Source: Gammaproteobacteria bacterium (GTDB lineage Bacteria > Pseudomonadota > Gammaproteobacteria > Eutrophobiales > Eutrophobiaceae). Taken from it: DNA of 64,000 bases. Positions within the stretch are counted from its first letter, which is position 1, and every line of letters begins with the position of its first letter. The translations under genes were made by a program, and so were the position numbers. The notes under the pieces are model-generated. The model was not told the DNA's origin. It saw only the letters and a program-made list of their open reading frames with translations, and searched no databases. Shown piece by piece: positions 20,083-29,349 of this stretch. Location of the stretch: the NCBI GenBank assembly GCA_965238225.1, contig OZ250183.1, positions 32,001 through 96,000 of the forward strand, written 5' to 3'.

Positions 20083-20160
20083 TTGTTGTATTTTATTCTA
20101 TATTCCTTGTGTGTCTTCTTAACGTAAAAGTCAGTGATTTAAGATGATGATTAAGCATAA

Positions 20161-20237
20161 TGGCGTGCACAACAGGAGTTGAACCTGCGACCTCCGAAAT
20201 CGTAATCCGATATTCTATCTAACTGAACTACGAGCCA
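20161..20237 (-). pseudogene. Degenerate tRNA-Arg(ACG)
   Basis: D arm GTTC/GAAT, anticodon arm TCGGA-TTACGAT-TTCGG, T arm GCAGG-TTCAACT-CCTGT, ends GCCA; acceptor stem has 3 of 7 mismatches. Confidence 0.7.
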
Positions 20238-20582
20238 ACTGAACTACGGTGCCTAAACAAATATAATTATACCATTGTCATCCTTTTAAGATTATTCCGC
20301 AGCTTTAAAATTTCACTTTTTAGTCCGTACTAGATTTCAGATCCCACGCCCCTTGCACTGCTTACGCATCCTACAGATTACCCTGTACTCAAAAGGGCAT
20401 GACAAAACACGAATTTAAATGGCTAAATTCGAAAAAAACTAACTTTTCGTCCTTATTTAATGTTTGGATGACGTTTTTGTTAGACAATAAGTGCAGGTAT
20501 ACTATCATTGTATACTGTAGATATTTTATTTTTGCTCTCTTGTTTGTTTATCGCTAAGAAAAAAATCTGGAGAATTTAGAGC

Positions 20583-21098
20583 ATGAGTCAAGAACAAGAT
20601 AAGAAATTTTTTAGAAATTTTACATTTGTCCTAATTGGATTGGGCATCCTAATAGCTGTATTCATGGTGCTTGGGATCATGTTTGGCAGCTCATTAGAAT
20701 CAGCTGAGGATGCTACCGCAAAAATCATGAATAACACTATTCCAGTCGCCAAAATACAGATTCAAGGAGACGAAACTGAAGTCGAAGAAGAAGCCGCCAT
20801 GGAAGAAACTACTGATCTGGCTGCCACTGAAAACGATGATGCAGGTAAAACGACCTACGACAGTATTTGTGTGGCATGTCACGGCTCTGGTATTCCCGGG
20901 ATTCCTCAACTAGGTGATGCGGATGCATGGGCATCCCGAATTGCACAAAGTAATGACCTGAGCCTACTTTATGAGCATGCAATCACAGGCTACATTGGCG
21001 CTTCTGGCATCCCCATGCCTGCCAAAGGTGGTAACCTGAGTCTCAGTGACGATGCTGTAAAAGCAGCAGTTGACTACATGGTAGCCAACAGTCAATAA
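20583..21098 (+). CDS. Cytochrome c5 family, membrane anchored
   Basis: N-terminal TM, acidic linker, CVACH, MPAKGG, AVDYM. Confidence 0.92.
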   Translation: MSQEQDKKFFRNFTFVLIGLGILIAVFMVLGIMFGSSLESAEDATAKIMNNTIPVAKIQIQGDETEVEEEAAMEETTDLAATENDDAGKTTYDSICVACHGSGIPGIPQLGDADAWASRIAQSNDLSLLYEHAITGYIGASGIPMPAKGGNLSLSDDAVKAAVDYMVANSQ

Positions 21099-21173
21099 GA
21101 CATTTTACTTTTTATATATTTAACATTCAGGATAAATTTACCTGAGTTATATTTATCTCCGGGCTGCATTAAC

Positions 21174-22286
21174 TCATTCTCTTAATGCATTCAGGTAGGC
21201 TTCGTCTGACATCTTACTCCAGTTTTTGTAGCTTTCATTGAACTTTGAATAAGCATCGTATACTTTTTTGAATTTGGCATCATTTGCTGCCTCTATATCC
21301 AACGTCTCTTTGGTCAGACGTTTCAGCTCTGCCAATACCTCAGAAGGAAATTCCAATACTTCAATATTTTGTTTTGAGTATAGCTCTTCTAAAGCTGCTT
21401 GATTATGAAACTCCATCTGCGTGTATATCCATTCGCTCACGGCAGCCGCAGTTGTCTCAACCATCAATTGTAAATCTTCCGGCAATTGCGCCCATGCATG
21501 GCTATTTATCATCAACTCAAACTCTGTGCCTGGTTCATGCCAGCCCGGAAAATAATAATAGCTTGCTGCCCGATTCAAGCCAAGACGCATATCGTGGAAC
21601 GGTGCAACCCATTCCGTTGCGTCAATCATTCCACGTTCCAGCGCAGTATAGACCTCACTGCCAGGCAACAAGACTGGGTTACCGCCAGCACGTTTAAATA
21701 CCTTGCCTCCCAAACCTGGGATACGCATACGCAGACCTTTAATATCCTCTAATGATTCGATCTTTTTATTAAACCAGCCGCCCATTTGTACACCCGTATT
21801 TCCCATTGGTATCGGCACCAGATTAAAAGGTGTATAAGCTTCCCTCCATAACTCCATACCGCCGCCATGATAAAGCCAGGCGTTCATACCCTTAGCTGTC
21901 ATCCCGAAGGGGACTGATGAAAAAAATTGGGCTTCTGGCACTTTTCCTGCCCAGTAGTAGGGTGAGCCATGACCCATCTCAACAGAGCCTTGTGACACGG
22001 CATCAAATACCTGCAATGGTGGCACCAGTTCCCCGCCTGCATAGACCTGAATATCTAAACGCCCCTGACTCAAGATTTTTATATCCGTAGCAAATTTCTC
22101 GGCACCTTCTTGGAAAATAGGAAAATTGGCTGGCCATACAGTCACCATTTTCCATTTAAATGTCTGCTGACTTATGCCTGTGTCTTCATCTGCAACCTGC
22201 CCACTATCTGGCTCACTGCAAGCAGTAAAAAATAGACAAATACTTATTCCCAGACTTACGACACACCATTTAAATAACTTCAACAT
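21174..22286 (-). CDS. TRAP transporter substrate-binding protein (DctP/TakP-like), predicted lipoprotein
   Basis: WKMVTVWP, YYWAGK, GNTGVQMGGWF, RMRIPGLGG, PGWHEPG. Confidence 0.92.
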   Translation of the reverse strand: MLKLFKWCVVSLGISICLFFTACSEPDSGQVADEDTGISQQTFKWKMVTVWPANFPIFQEGAEKFATDIKILSQGRLDIQVYAGGELVPPLQVFDAVSQGSVEMGHGSPYYWAGKVPEAQFFSSVPFGMTAKGMNAWLYHGGGMELWREAYTPFNLVPIPMGNTGVQMGGWFNKKIESLEDIKGLRMRIPGLGGKVFKRAGGNPVLLPGSEVYTALERGMIDATEWVAPFHDMRLGLNRAASYYYFPGWHEPGTEFELMINSHAWAQLPEDLQLMVETTAAAVSEWIYTQMEFHNQAALEELYSKQNIEVLEFPSEVLAELKRLTKETLDIEAANDAKFKKVYDAYSKFNESYKNWSKMSDEAYLNALRE

Positions 22287-22329
22287 ATTATTTATCCTGT
22301 ATTATTTTTTAAATTATATTTGTCATTTG

Positions 22330-24510
22330 TCAAATAGCTGTCAGATTTGCATATTCTTCAACCAACCATTTACTGCCTGCTTCTTTAAAATTTACCTGAA
22401 TTCTTGTGGTTTTTCCTGAACCTTCTAGGTTCAAAATGATCCCTTCACCAAATTTTTCATGGCATACGTGCTGCCCTAAAGTATAAGCACCATTTTTGGC
22501 ATTTGCCCCATTTGTGCTATTGCTGCTTGATTCTGAACAAAAAACCATTGGCTGTGCGATCGAACCACTCATGCGTACTTCTTCTATCAGCTCTTTAGGT
22601 AATTCACTGATGAACCGTGAAGGTTTAGGATAATAATCCTGTCCATGTAAATGCCTATGCTGCGTATAAACCATCGTCAGTGCCTTTTCAGCACGGGTAA
22701 TACCCACATAGCATAGCCGTCTTTCTTCTTCTAACTGCGCTAAATCTTCTTTGCTGCGTTGATGTGGAAATAAACCTTCCTCCATACCAACCAAATACAC
22801 ATTAGGAAATTCTAAGCCCTTGGCAGAATGTAGTGTCATTAAATTTACACAATCAGAGTAGGTATCTGCTTGAGTTTCACCTGACTCCAAAGCAGCATGT
22901 GCAAGAAATGCCTGTAAGGGCTGCATGTCTTGTAATACTTCGTCATCATCCACATTAAATTCTCCAGCAGCATCCACCAATTCTTGCATGTTTTCGATAC
23001 GTGCTAAACCACGCTCGCCTTTTTCTTTGCGATAATGATCAATCAGACCGCTGGCCTCAACCACGTTATCCACTACCTCATTTAGAGGCAATCCTTTACT
23101 TTCCCCCATATGGGTAATCAACTGCATAAAACTTTCTAATGCATTCAAGGCTCGGGCACTGAGCAGCTTATTTGTTAAAACATTTTGTGCCGCTTGCCAC
23201 AATGAACACTTTTCTTTGCGGGAAATATTTCTAAGTTCTGCGATAGTTCGCTGACCTATACCTCTGGTCGGGGTGTTTACAATGCGCTCAAATGAAACAT
23301 CATCATCCAAAAATGTAGCAAGCCGAACATAAGCCAAGGCATCTTTAATTTCAGCACGTTCATAAAAACGCATACCACCGTAAACACGATATGGAATACT
23401 GGCACGCATCAAACTTTCTTCAATGACACGCGACTGAGCGCTGACACGATACAAAACAGCACTGTCTTTATAATTGCCTGTTTTGTCTTGCCAGCTTAAG
23501 ATTTGTTCGACTACATAACGGGCTTCATCATGTTCATTATATGCATTGTATAGGGCAATCTTCTCGCCACTATCGCCATTGGTCCATAATTTTTTCTCTA
23601 AACGCGAGCTGTTATTAGCAATCAATGCATTAGCAGCATTTAATATATTTGCTGTTGAACGGTAATTCTGCTCCAGCTTAATCAGCGTGTGATTTAAGAA
23701 ATCCTTTTTAAACTGTTGCATATTCTCAACGCGCGCGCCGCGCCAACTATAGATAGATTGATCATCATCACCAACTGCAAACAGGCTTCCCCTGTCGCCG
23801 ACCAATAATTTCAACCAAGCATATTGTAAAAAATTGGTATCCTGAAATTCATCAACCAATACATAACGAAAACGATCACGATATTGTTGCAGTATATTTT
23901 TATCGTCACGAAATAACTCATAAGCACGTAATAACAATTCTGCGAAGTCCACTACGCCAGAACGGTTACAGAGGTCTTCATAAGCTTGATAGATTTGAAT
24001 CATCTGATGCAAGGTATGATCACCGTTATCGTCAACGTGCTGCGACCTTAGTCCATCATCTTTACGTGCGTTAATAAACCATTGCACTTCTTTTGGCGGG
24101 CAATTTGATTCATCTATTTCCATAGCACGAAGCAAGCGACGAATAGTACGATATTGATCATTGCTATCTAGAATGGTGAAATCCTGTGGCAACCCAGCCT
24201 CTTGCCAATGAGCACGTAAGATGCGATGGGTTAGGCTATGAAACGTCCCCACCCACATACCGGGTGTGGGTATATCTAATAATGTTTCAATACGCGAACG
24301 TATTTCAGCAGCGGCTTTGTTGGTAAAGGTCACTGCCAGGATGGCAAATGGGCTGGATTGCTTGGTTTGTATGTACCAAGCGATTCGATGCACTAGAACG
24401 CGGGTCTTACCACTGCCAGCACCTGCCAGAACCATAACGTTTTCATGAGGTGAGCCAACGGCTTCGCGCTGGGATTCGTTAAGGGTATCTAAAACAAAGG
24501 AAACATCCAT
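22330..24510 (-). CDS. uvrD: DNA helicase II
   Basis: AGAGSGKT, VDEFQDTN, VGDDDQSIY, LEQNYRST, TLHSAKGLEF, EERRLCYVGITRA. Confidence 0.96.
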   Translation of the reverse strand: MDVSFVLDTLNESQREAVGSPHENVMVLAGAGSGKTRVLVHRIAWYIQTKQSSPFAILAVTFTNKAAAEIRSRIETLLDIPTPGMWVGTFHSLTHRILRAHWQEAGLPQDFTILDSNDQYRTIRRLLRAMEIDESNCPPKEVQWFINARKDDGLRSQHVDDNGDHTLHQMIQIYQAYEDLCNRSGVVDFAELLLRAYELFRDDKNILQQYRDRFRYVLVDEFQDTNFLQYAWLKLLVGDRGSLFAVGDDDQSIYSWRGARVENMQQFKKDFLNHTLIKLEQNYRSTANILNAANALIANNSSRLEKKLWTNGDSGEKIALYNAYNEHDEARYVVEQILSWQDKTGNYKDSAVLYRVSAQSRVIEESLMRASIPYRVYGGMRFYERAEIKDALAYVRLATFLDDDVSFERIVNTPTRGIGQRTIAELRNISRKEKCSLWQAAQNVLTNKLLSARALNALESFMQLITHMGESKGLPLNEVVDNVVEASGLIDHYRKEKGERGLARIENMQELVDAAGEFNVDDDEVLQDMQPLQAFLAHAALESGETQADTYSDCVNLMTLHSAKGLEFPNVYLVGMEEGLFPHQRSKEDLAQLEEERRLCYVGITRAEKALTMVYTQHRHLHGQDYYPKPSRFISELPKELIEEVRMSGSIAQPMVFCSESSSNSTNGANAKNGAYTLGQHVCHEKFGEGIILNLEGSGKTTRIQVNFKEAGSKWLVEEYANLTAI

Positions 24511-24593
24511 AAAGAGGATTTTAACAAACTTCAGCCTCTATGAATGTTAATATGCATTTTTTTATTTTTAACAGGCAACGCAAATACTAAAGA

Positions 24594-25931
24594 ATGGATC
24601 GTCTGATAACACAAGAAAGAGAAGAGCTCACAAACATCATCCAACAAGCTCTTGATGAAGCGCAACGGCAAGGGGCTACTACTGCAGAAGCAGATGTTGG
24701 TACTGGTGTCGGTCTGTCTGTAACGACGCGTTTGGGTGAAGTCGAAAAAATAGAACACGAATGCGACAAGGGGCTTGGCATAACTGTCTTTATTGGGCAC
24801 CAAAAAGGCAATGCCAGCAGCACTAATTTTAGCGCAACTGCGATCAAAGAAACTGTTACGGCTGCCTGTGATATTGCCAGATTTACCAGCGAAGATGAAT
24901 TTGCAGGTCTGGCAGATGCCGAACTCATGGCACAAGGCACCCCTGATCTAGATCTTTATCATCCTTGGCAGATTGCGCCTGAACAAGCCATTAATCTTGC
25001 TGTTCAATGCGAAGCTATTGCCAAAGATGAAGATAAACGGATTAATAATTCTGACGGCACCTCAATAAGCACCTACACCGGCAATCATTTTTATGGCAAT
25101 ACCCATGGCTTTATTGATGGCTGGCATTGGTCAAGCCACACCATTGACTGCACGGTCATTGCAGAAACCAAAAACGGCATGCAACGAGATGGCTGGTACA
25201 GCAAGGCATGTAACAAAGATAATCTGCAAAGTATTCAGGAGATAGGCAAGCAGGCCGCAAAAAGAGCTACGCAACGACTGGATGCTAAAAAAATATCGAC
25301 GCGAAAATGTCCGGTGATCTTTGAAGCAGCCTGTGCCTCAGGTCTATTTTCTGCATTTATCACTGCAATTTCTGGTGGCAGTATCTATCGCAAAGCGAGC
25401 TTCTTGTTGGATAAGGTTGGCGAACAGGTATTCGCCAACCATATTCATATACACGAACAACCGCACCTCAAGGGCGCATTGGGCAGCGCGCCTTTTGACA
25501 ACGAAGGTATGGCCACAAAAAAACGCGACTTAATCATTGATGGAGTTTTGCAAGGCTATGTACTGAGTAGTTATTCTGCAAGAAAACTCGGACTACAACC
25601 AACCGCCAATGCAGGTGGCGTACACAACCTCACCGTCGACACCGGCGAATATGATCTTGAAGCACTTATCAAGCAAATGGGCACTGGCCTTTTTATCACT
25701 GACATAATTGGTTTTGGTGTTAATCAGATTACTGGAGACTACTCACGAGGTGTGTGTGGATTTTGGATTGAAAATGGCGAATTTCAATATCCAGTTGAAG
25801 AGATCACTGTCGCTGGGAATCTTGCTGAAATGTATCAACAGATTATCCATATTGGTAATGATGTTGACCTCAGAGGTAATATTCTGACAGGCTCAGTTTT
25901 GATTGAGAATATGACAATAGCTGGGGAATGA
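24594..25931 (+). CDS. pmbA: Metalloprotease PmbA/TldE
   Basis: MQRDGWYS, PFDNEG, TANAGG, TGDYSRG, EITVAGNL. Confidence 0.95.
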   Translation: MDRLITQEREELTNIIQQALDEAQRQGATTAEADVGTGVGLSVTTRLGEVEKIEHECDKGLGITVFIGHQKGNASSTNFSATAIKETVTAACDIARFTSEDEFAGLADAELMAQGTPDLDLYHPWQIAPEQAINLAVQCEAIAKDEDKRINNSDGTSISTYTGNHFYGNTHGFIDGWHWSSHTIDCTVIAETKNGMQRDGWYSKACNKDNLQSIQEIGKQAAKRATQRLDAKKISTRKCPVIFEAACASGLFSAFITAISGGSIYRKASFLLDKVGEQVFANHIHIHEQPHLKGALGSAPFDNEGMATKKRDLIIDGVLQGYVLSSYSARKLGLQPTANAGGVHNLTVDTGEYDLEALIKQMGTGLFITDIIGFGVNQITGDYSRGVCGFWIENGEFQYPVEEITVAGNLAEMYQQIIHIGNDVDLRGNILTGSVLIENMTIAGE

Positions 25932-26064
25932 ATATTATTTAGTCAGCCCTTAAAAATGATTTGAAATATTGAAAGTAAACCCTTACCTAATTAAGGAGGG
26001 ATTCAATTATGGCTGTAAAATAAAATTAAACTTGAAATAAGTTGCGTGTTTTTGACTAAAATAA

Positions 26065-29000
26065 TTGGATTTATCCCATAATCACAACCTAATGAACACT
26101 AAATTTTTCACCAATCAAGATCAAAATACCTTATTTAATAAGTTTAAAGGGGTTTTTGAATACAATAAAACCATTAATAATTTTGATGTTTTGGTAGGTT
26201 TCTTTCGCTCATCGGGTTATTTTAAATTACGCCCCTTATTGGAAAATGTAGAAAATATTCGTATTTTAGTAGGGATTGATGTGGATAAAATCACCGCTCA
26301 AATGCAGGCAGATGGACTGGCTTTATTCAAAGGTGATAGCGAAAAAACCATTAATAATTGGCAAAAGAAATTCAATGATGATATTCAACAAGCCAATTAT
26401 AATGCACAAACCGAGCAAGGAGTTAAGCAGTTTATAGCAGATATACAAACGGGCAAGGTGCAATTAAAAGCCCACCCAAGCCAAAATATTCACGCCAAAA
26501 TCTATATTTTTCGCCCCGATAATTTTAATCAGCATACCGCTGCCAGTGTGATTAGCGGCTCATCCAATTTGACCGATGCTGGTTTGGGCATTAAGCAAAA
26601 TGCCAATTATGAATTTAATGTATTACTCAATGATTATGAAGACATTAAATTTGCCACTGCGGAGTTTGAAAAACTGTGGGCTGAGGGTGTAGAAATACTG
26701 CCAGAAATAGCCGAAGCCAGCCTTAAACAAACCCATTTAGCAGACGACATTACTCCTTATGAATTATATTTAAAATGCTTGATTGAGTATTTTGGCAGGG
26801 CAATTGAGTTTGACCCTAATTCTATTAAAGACTTGCCTGATGATGTTAAACGATTGTCTTATCAAATGGATGCGGTTAATGAGGGTTGGGAAATGCTTGA
26901 AAAGCATAACGGCTTTTTTCTCTCCGATGTGGTGGGTTTAGGCAAAACTATGATTGCCACTTTAATTGCCAGACAATTTTATTACCATAATGGCTACCCT
27001 GATTATCGTTCTAAAATCTTGTTGGTTATTCCACCAGCACTCAAACAAAACTGGGACGTTACTTTAAAAAAATTTAAGATTGATGATGCATTTAAAACCA
27101 TCACCAACGGCAGTTTACATACAATACCCGATGCCAAAAAATACGATATGGTGATTGTAGATGAGGCACATAAATTTCGTAACGATACCGCAGAGGCTTA
27201 TACTCAATTACAAATTATTTGTAAAACCAAAACACTGGATGGCGACGACAAAAAAGTCATGCTCATCTCTGCCACGCCGCTGAATAATCGCCCTGATGAT
27301 TTATACAATCAAATCTTATTGTTTCAAGACGGTAACAACTCAACACTGGATTTTCCTTTGGCACATTTTTTCACCAAGGTCAAAAAAGAATATAAAACTA
27401 TTTCGCAATTAGCCGACAAAAAAGCAGCAGCGCAAAAAACTAGGCTACTGTATGAAGAAATTAGAGAAAGAGTGATAGTTCCGTTAATGGTCAGACGCAC
27501 TCGCACTGATTTATTAGCCAATGAACGTTACAAAAAAGATTTACAAGAACACGGTGTAAGCTTTCCAAAAAGCACGCCACCCAAACCTATTTGTTATCAA
27601 TTAGCCAATGATTTAGAGTCTTTATACGATGACACTATTAAAAAAATTGGCAACAAAAAACAAGATAAAACGGGGCTTTTGCACACTCGCTATCGGGCAT
27701 TGCATTATTTAAAACCAGAATTCAAACAAAAATACGTTAGGGCAGATTCTATTGCTGAACGGTTGGTGGGCATTATGAAATCACTGCTATTAAAAAGAAT
27801 GGACAGCAGTTTTTATGCCTTTAAACAAACTTTGGGGCGTTTTATTACATCCTCTGAAACGATGTTGACAATGATTGAAAATAACAAAATCATCATTGCC
27901 TCTGCAATCAATATTAACGATTATATTTTGAATGATAAAGAAGAAGAGTTAATGACCTTGCTGGCTGATGAAAGCCTCACAGACCCAAGCATTATTATTT
28001 ACAGCAAAGATGATTTTGAACCAGGTTTTATTGAGGGTGTCAAACATGATTATAAACTGCTCACTGCTCTTAAAGCCGATTGGGATAAAGTAACCATTGA
28101 CCCTAAGATAAATGAGTTTTTAGATCAATTGCCCGATTTTTTAGACAAACAGAAAAATCCAGAGCAAAAAATAATCATTTTCACCGAAAGCACTGATACG
28201 ATGCGTTATTTAACCGAACGAATAGATACCACCCAATACGCCAATAAAACGCTCAGTATCAACGCCAGAAATCGTAACAGCCTCAAACAAACCGTTACCG
28301 ATAATTTTGATGCCAATATTGAAGCAACAGCAAAACAAAATGATTATCAACTCATCATCACCACTGATGTTTTGGCTGAGGGTGTTGATCTGCACCGTGC
28401 TAATACGGTGATAAATTACGATACCCCGTGGAATGCCACCAAACTAATGCAACGCATAGGCAGGGTTAATCGCATTGGACAAATGGCAAGCCATATCTTT
28501 GTATATAACTTTCGCCCCACCGAGCAAATCAATGATGATATTGGTTTAGAAAAAAAGGCACTGATAAAACTACAGGCTTTTCACAGCGCCTTAGGCGAGG
28601 ATTCACAAATTTACTCAACCGATGAACAGGTTAATACCTTTGGTATTTTTGATGAAAATATTCAAGAAGAAGAAAACAAAACCATGCTTTTTTTAGAGGA
28701 GATAAGGCAATTTAAAACAGACCACCCAGAAGATTATAAACGCATAAAGGACTTACCCACTAAGGTAAGAAACGCAGTTAAAAACGCCACCCATAAAAAC
28801 GCCACTCTGGTTTTTGCCCGCACCGAGGATAAAGGCAGCAGTCGTTTTTATCTGGTTAAAGACACGGTTGAAAACTATGGTTTTATCAATACTGCCAAGT
28901 TACTTAAATGTAAAGATGGCACTCAATCAGTCACCCTACATAATCAGCATTATCCGCAAGTTCTATCAGCACTTGATGATTTCAAGGATGAAATCGAACA

Positions 29001-29346
29001 AACGATTATCAACCAAACACAACATCAACCTTTATCCGCGCTGGAGACAAAAGCCATTATATTTTTAAAATCAATCGGCAATCTACCTATTACCAACGCC
29101 GATGAGCAAACAAAAATAACACAAGCCATCAATGCCATAGAAAATAAACGCTTCCCAGCACTGCCTAGAAATATCAATCAATTAAGCAAAAACATCAAAG
29201 ACATTAAGCCGACTGTAATATTGACTAACACTTTGCAAATTATTGAAAAATTTGATGTGAATATCCATATAGAAAGTGATACCGCCCAAGAAAAACCACC
29301 TAGAAATACCCGACCAAGTATTGTAATCTCTCAGTCATACACATAA
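26065..29346 (+). CDS. Phospholipase D nuclease + SF2 (SNF2-like) helicase fusion; likely start ATG 26092
   Basis: HAKIY...GSSNLT (PLD HxK), DVVGLGKT, VDEAHKFRN, SATP, EGVDL, QRIGRVNRIG. Confidence 0.9.
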   Translation: MDLSHNHNLMNTKFFTNQDQNTLFNKFKGVFEYNKTINNFDVLVGFFRSSGYFKLRPLLENVENIRILVGIDVDKITAQMQADGLALFKGDSEKTINNWQKKFNDDIQQANYNAQTEQGVKQFIADIQTGKVQLKAHPSQNIHAKIYIFRPDNFNQHTAASVISGSSNLTDAGLGIKQNANYEFNVLLNDYEDIKFATAEFEKLWAEGVEILPEIAEASLKQTHLADDITPYELYLKCLIEYFGRAIEFDPNSIKDLPDDVKRLSYQMDAVNEGWEMLEKHNGFFLSDVVGLGKTMIATLIARQFYYHNGYPDYRSKILLVIPPALKQNWDVTLKKFKIDDAFKTITNGSLHTIPDAKKYDMVIVDEAHKFRNDTAEAYTQLQIICKTKTLDGDDKKVMLISATPLNNRPDDLYNQILLFQDGNNSTLDFPLAHFFTKVKKEYKTISQLADKKAAAQKTRLLYEEIRERVIVPLMVRRTRTDLLANERYKKDLQEHGVSFPKSTPPKPICYQLANDLESLYDDTIKKIGNKKQDKTGLLHTRYRALHYLKPEFKQKYVRADSIAERLVGIMKSLLLKRMDSSFYAFKQTLGRFITSSETMLTMIENNKIIIASAININDYILNDKEEELMTLLADESLTDPSIIIYSKDDFEPGFIEGVKHDYKLLTALKADWDKVTIDPKINEFLDQLPDFLDKQKNPEQKIIIFTESTDTMRYLTERIDTTQYANKTLSINARNRNSLKQTVTDNFDANIEATAKQNDYQLIITTDVLAEGVDLHRANTVINYDTPWNATKLMQRIGRVNRIGQMASHIFVYNFRPTEQINDDIGLEKKALIKLQAFHSALGEDSQIYSTDEQVNTFGIFDENIQEEENKTMLFLEEIRQFKTDHPEDYKRIKDLPTKVRNAVKNATHKNATLVFARTEDKGSSRFYLVKDTVENYGFINTAKLLKCKDGTQSVTLHNQHYPQVLSALDDFKDEIEQTIINQTQHQPLSALETKAIIFLKSIGNLPITNADEQTKITQAINAIENKRFPALPRNINQLSKNIKDIKPTVILTNTLQIIEKFDVNIHIESDTAQEKPPRNTRPSIVISQSYT

Positions 29347-29349
29347 TCT

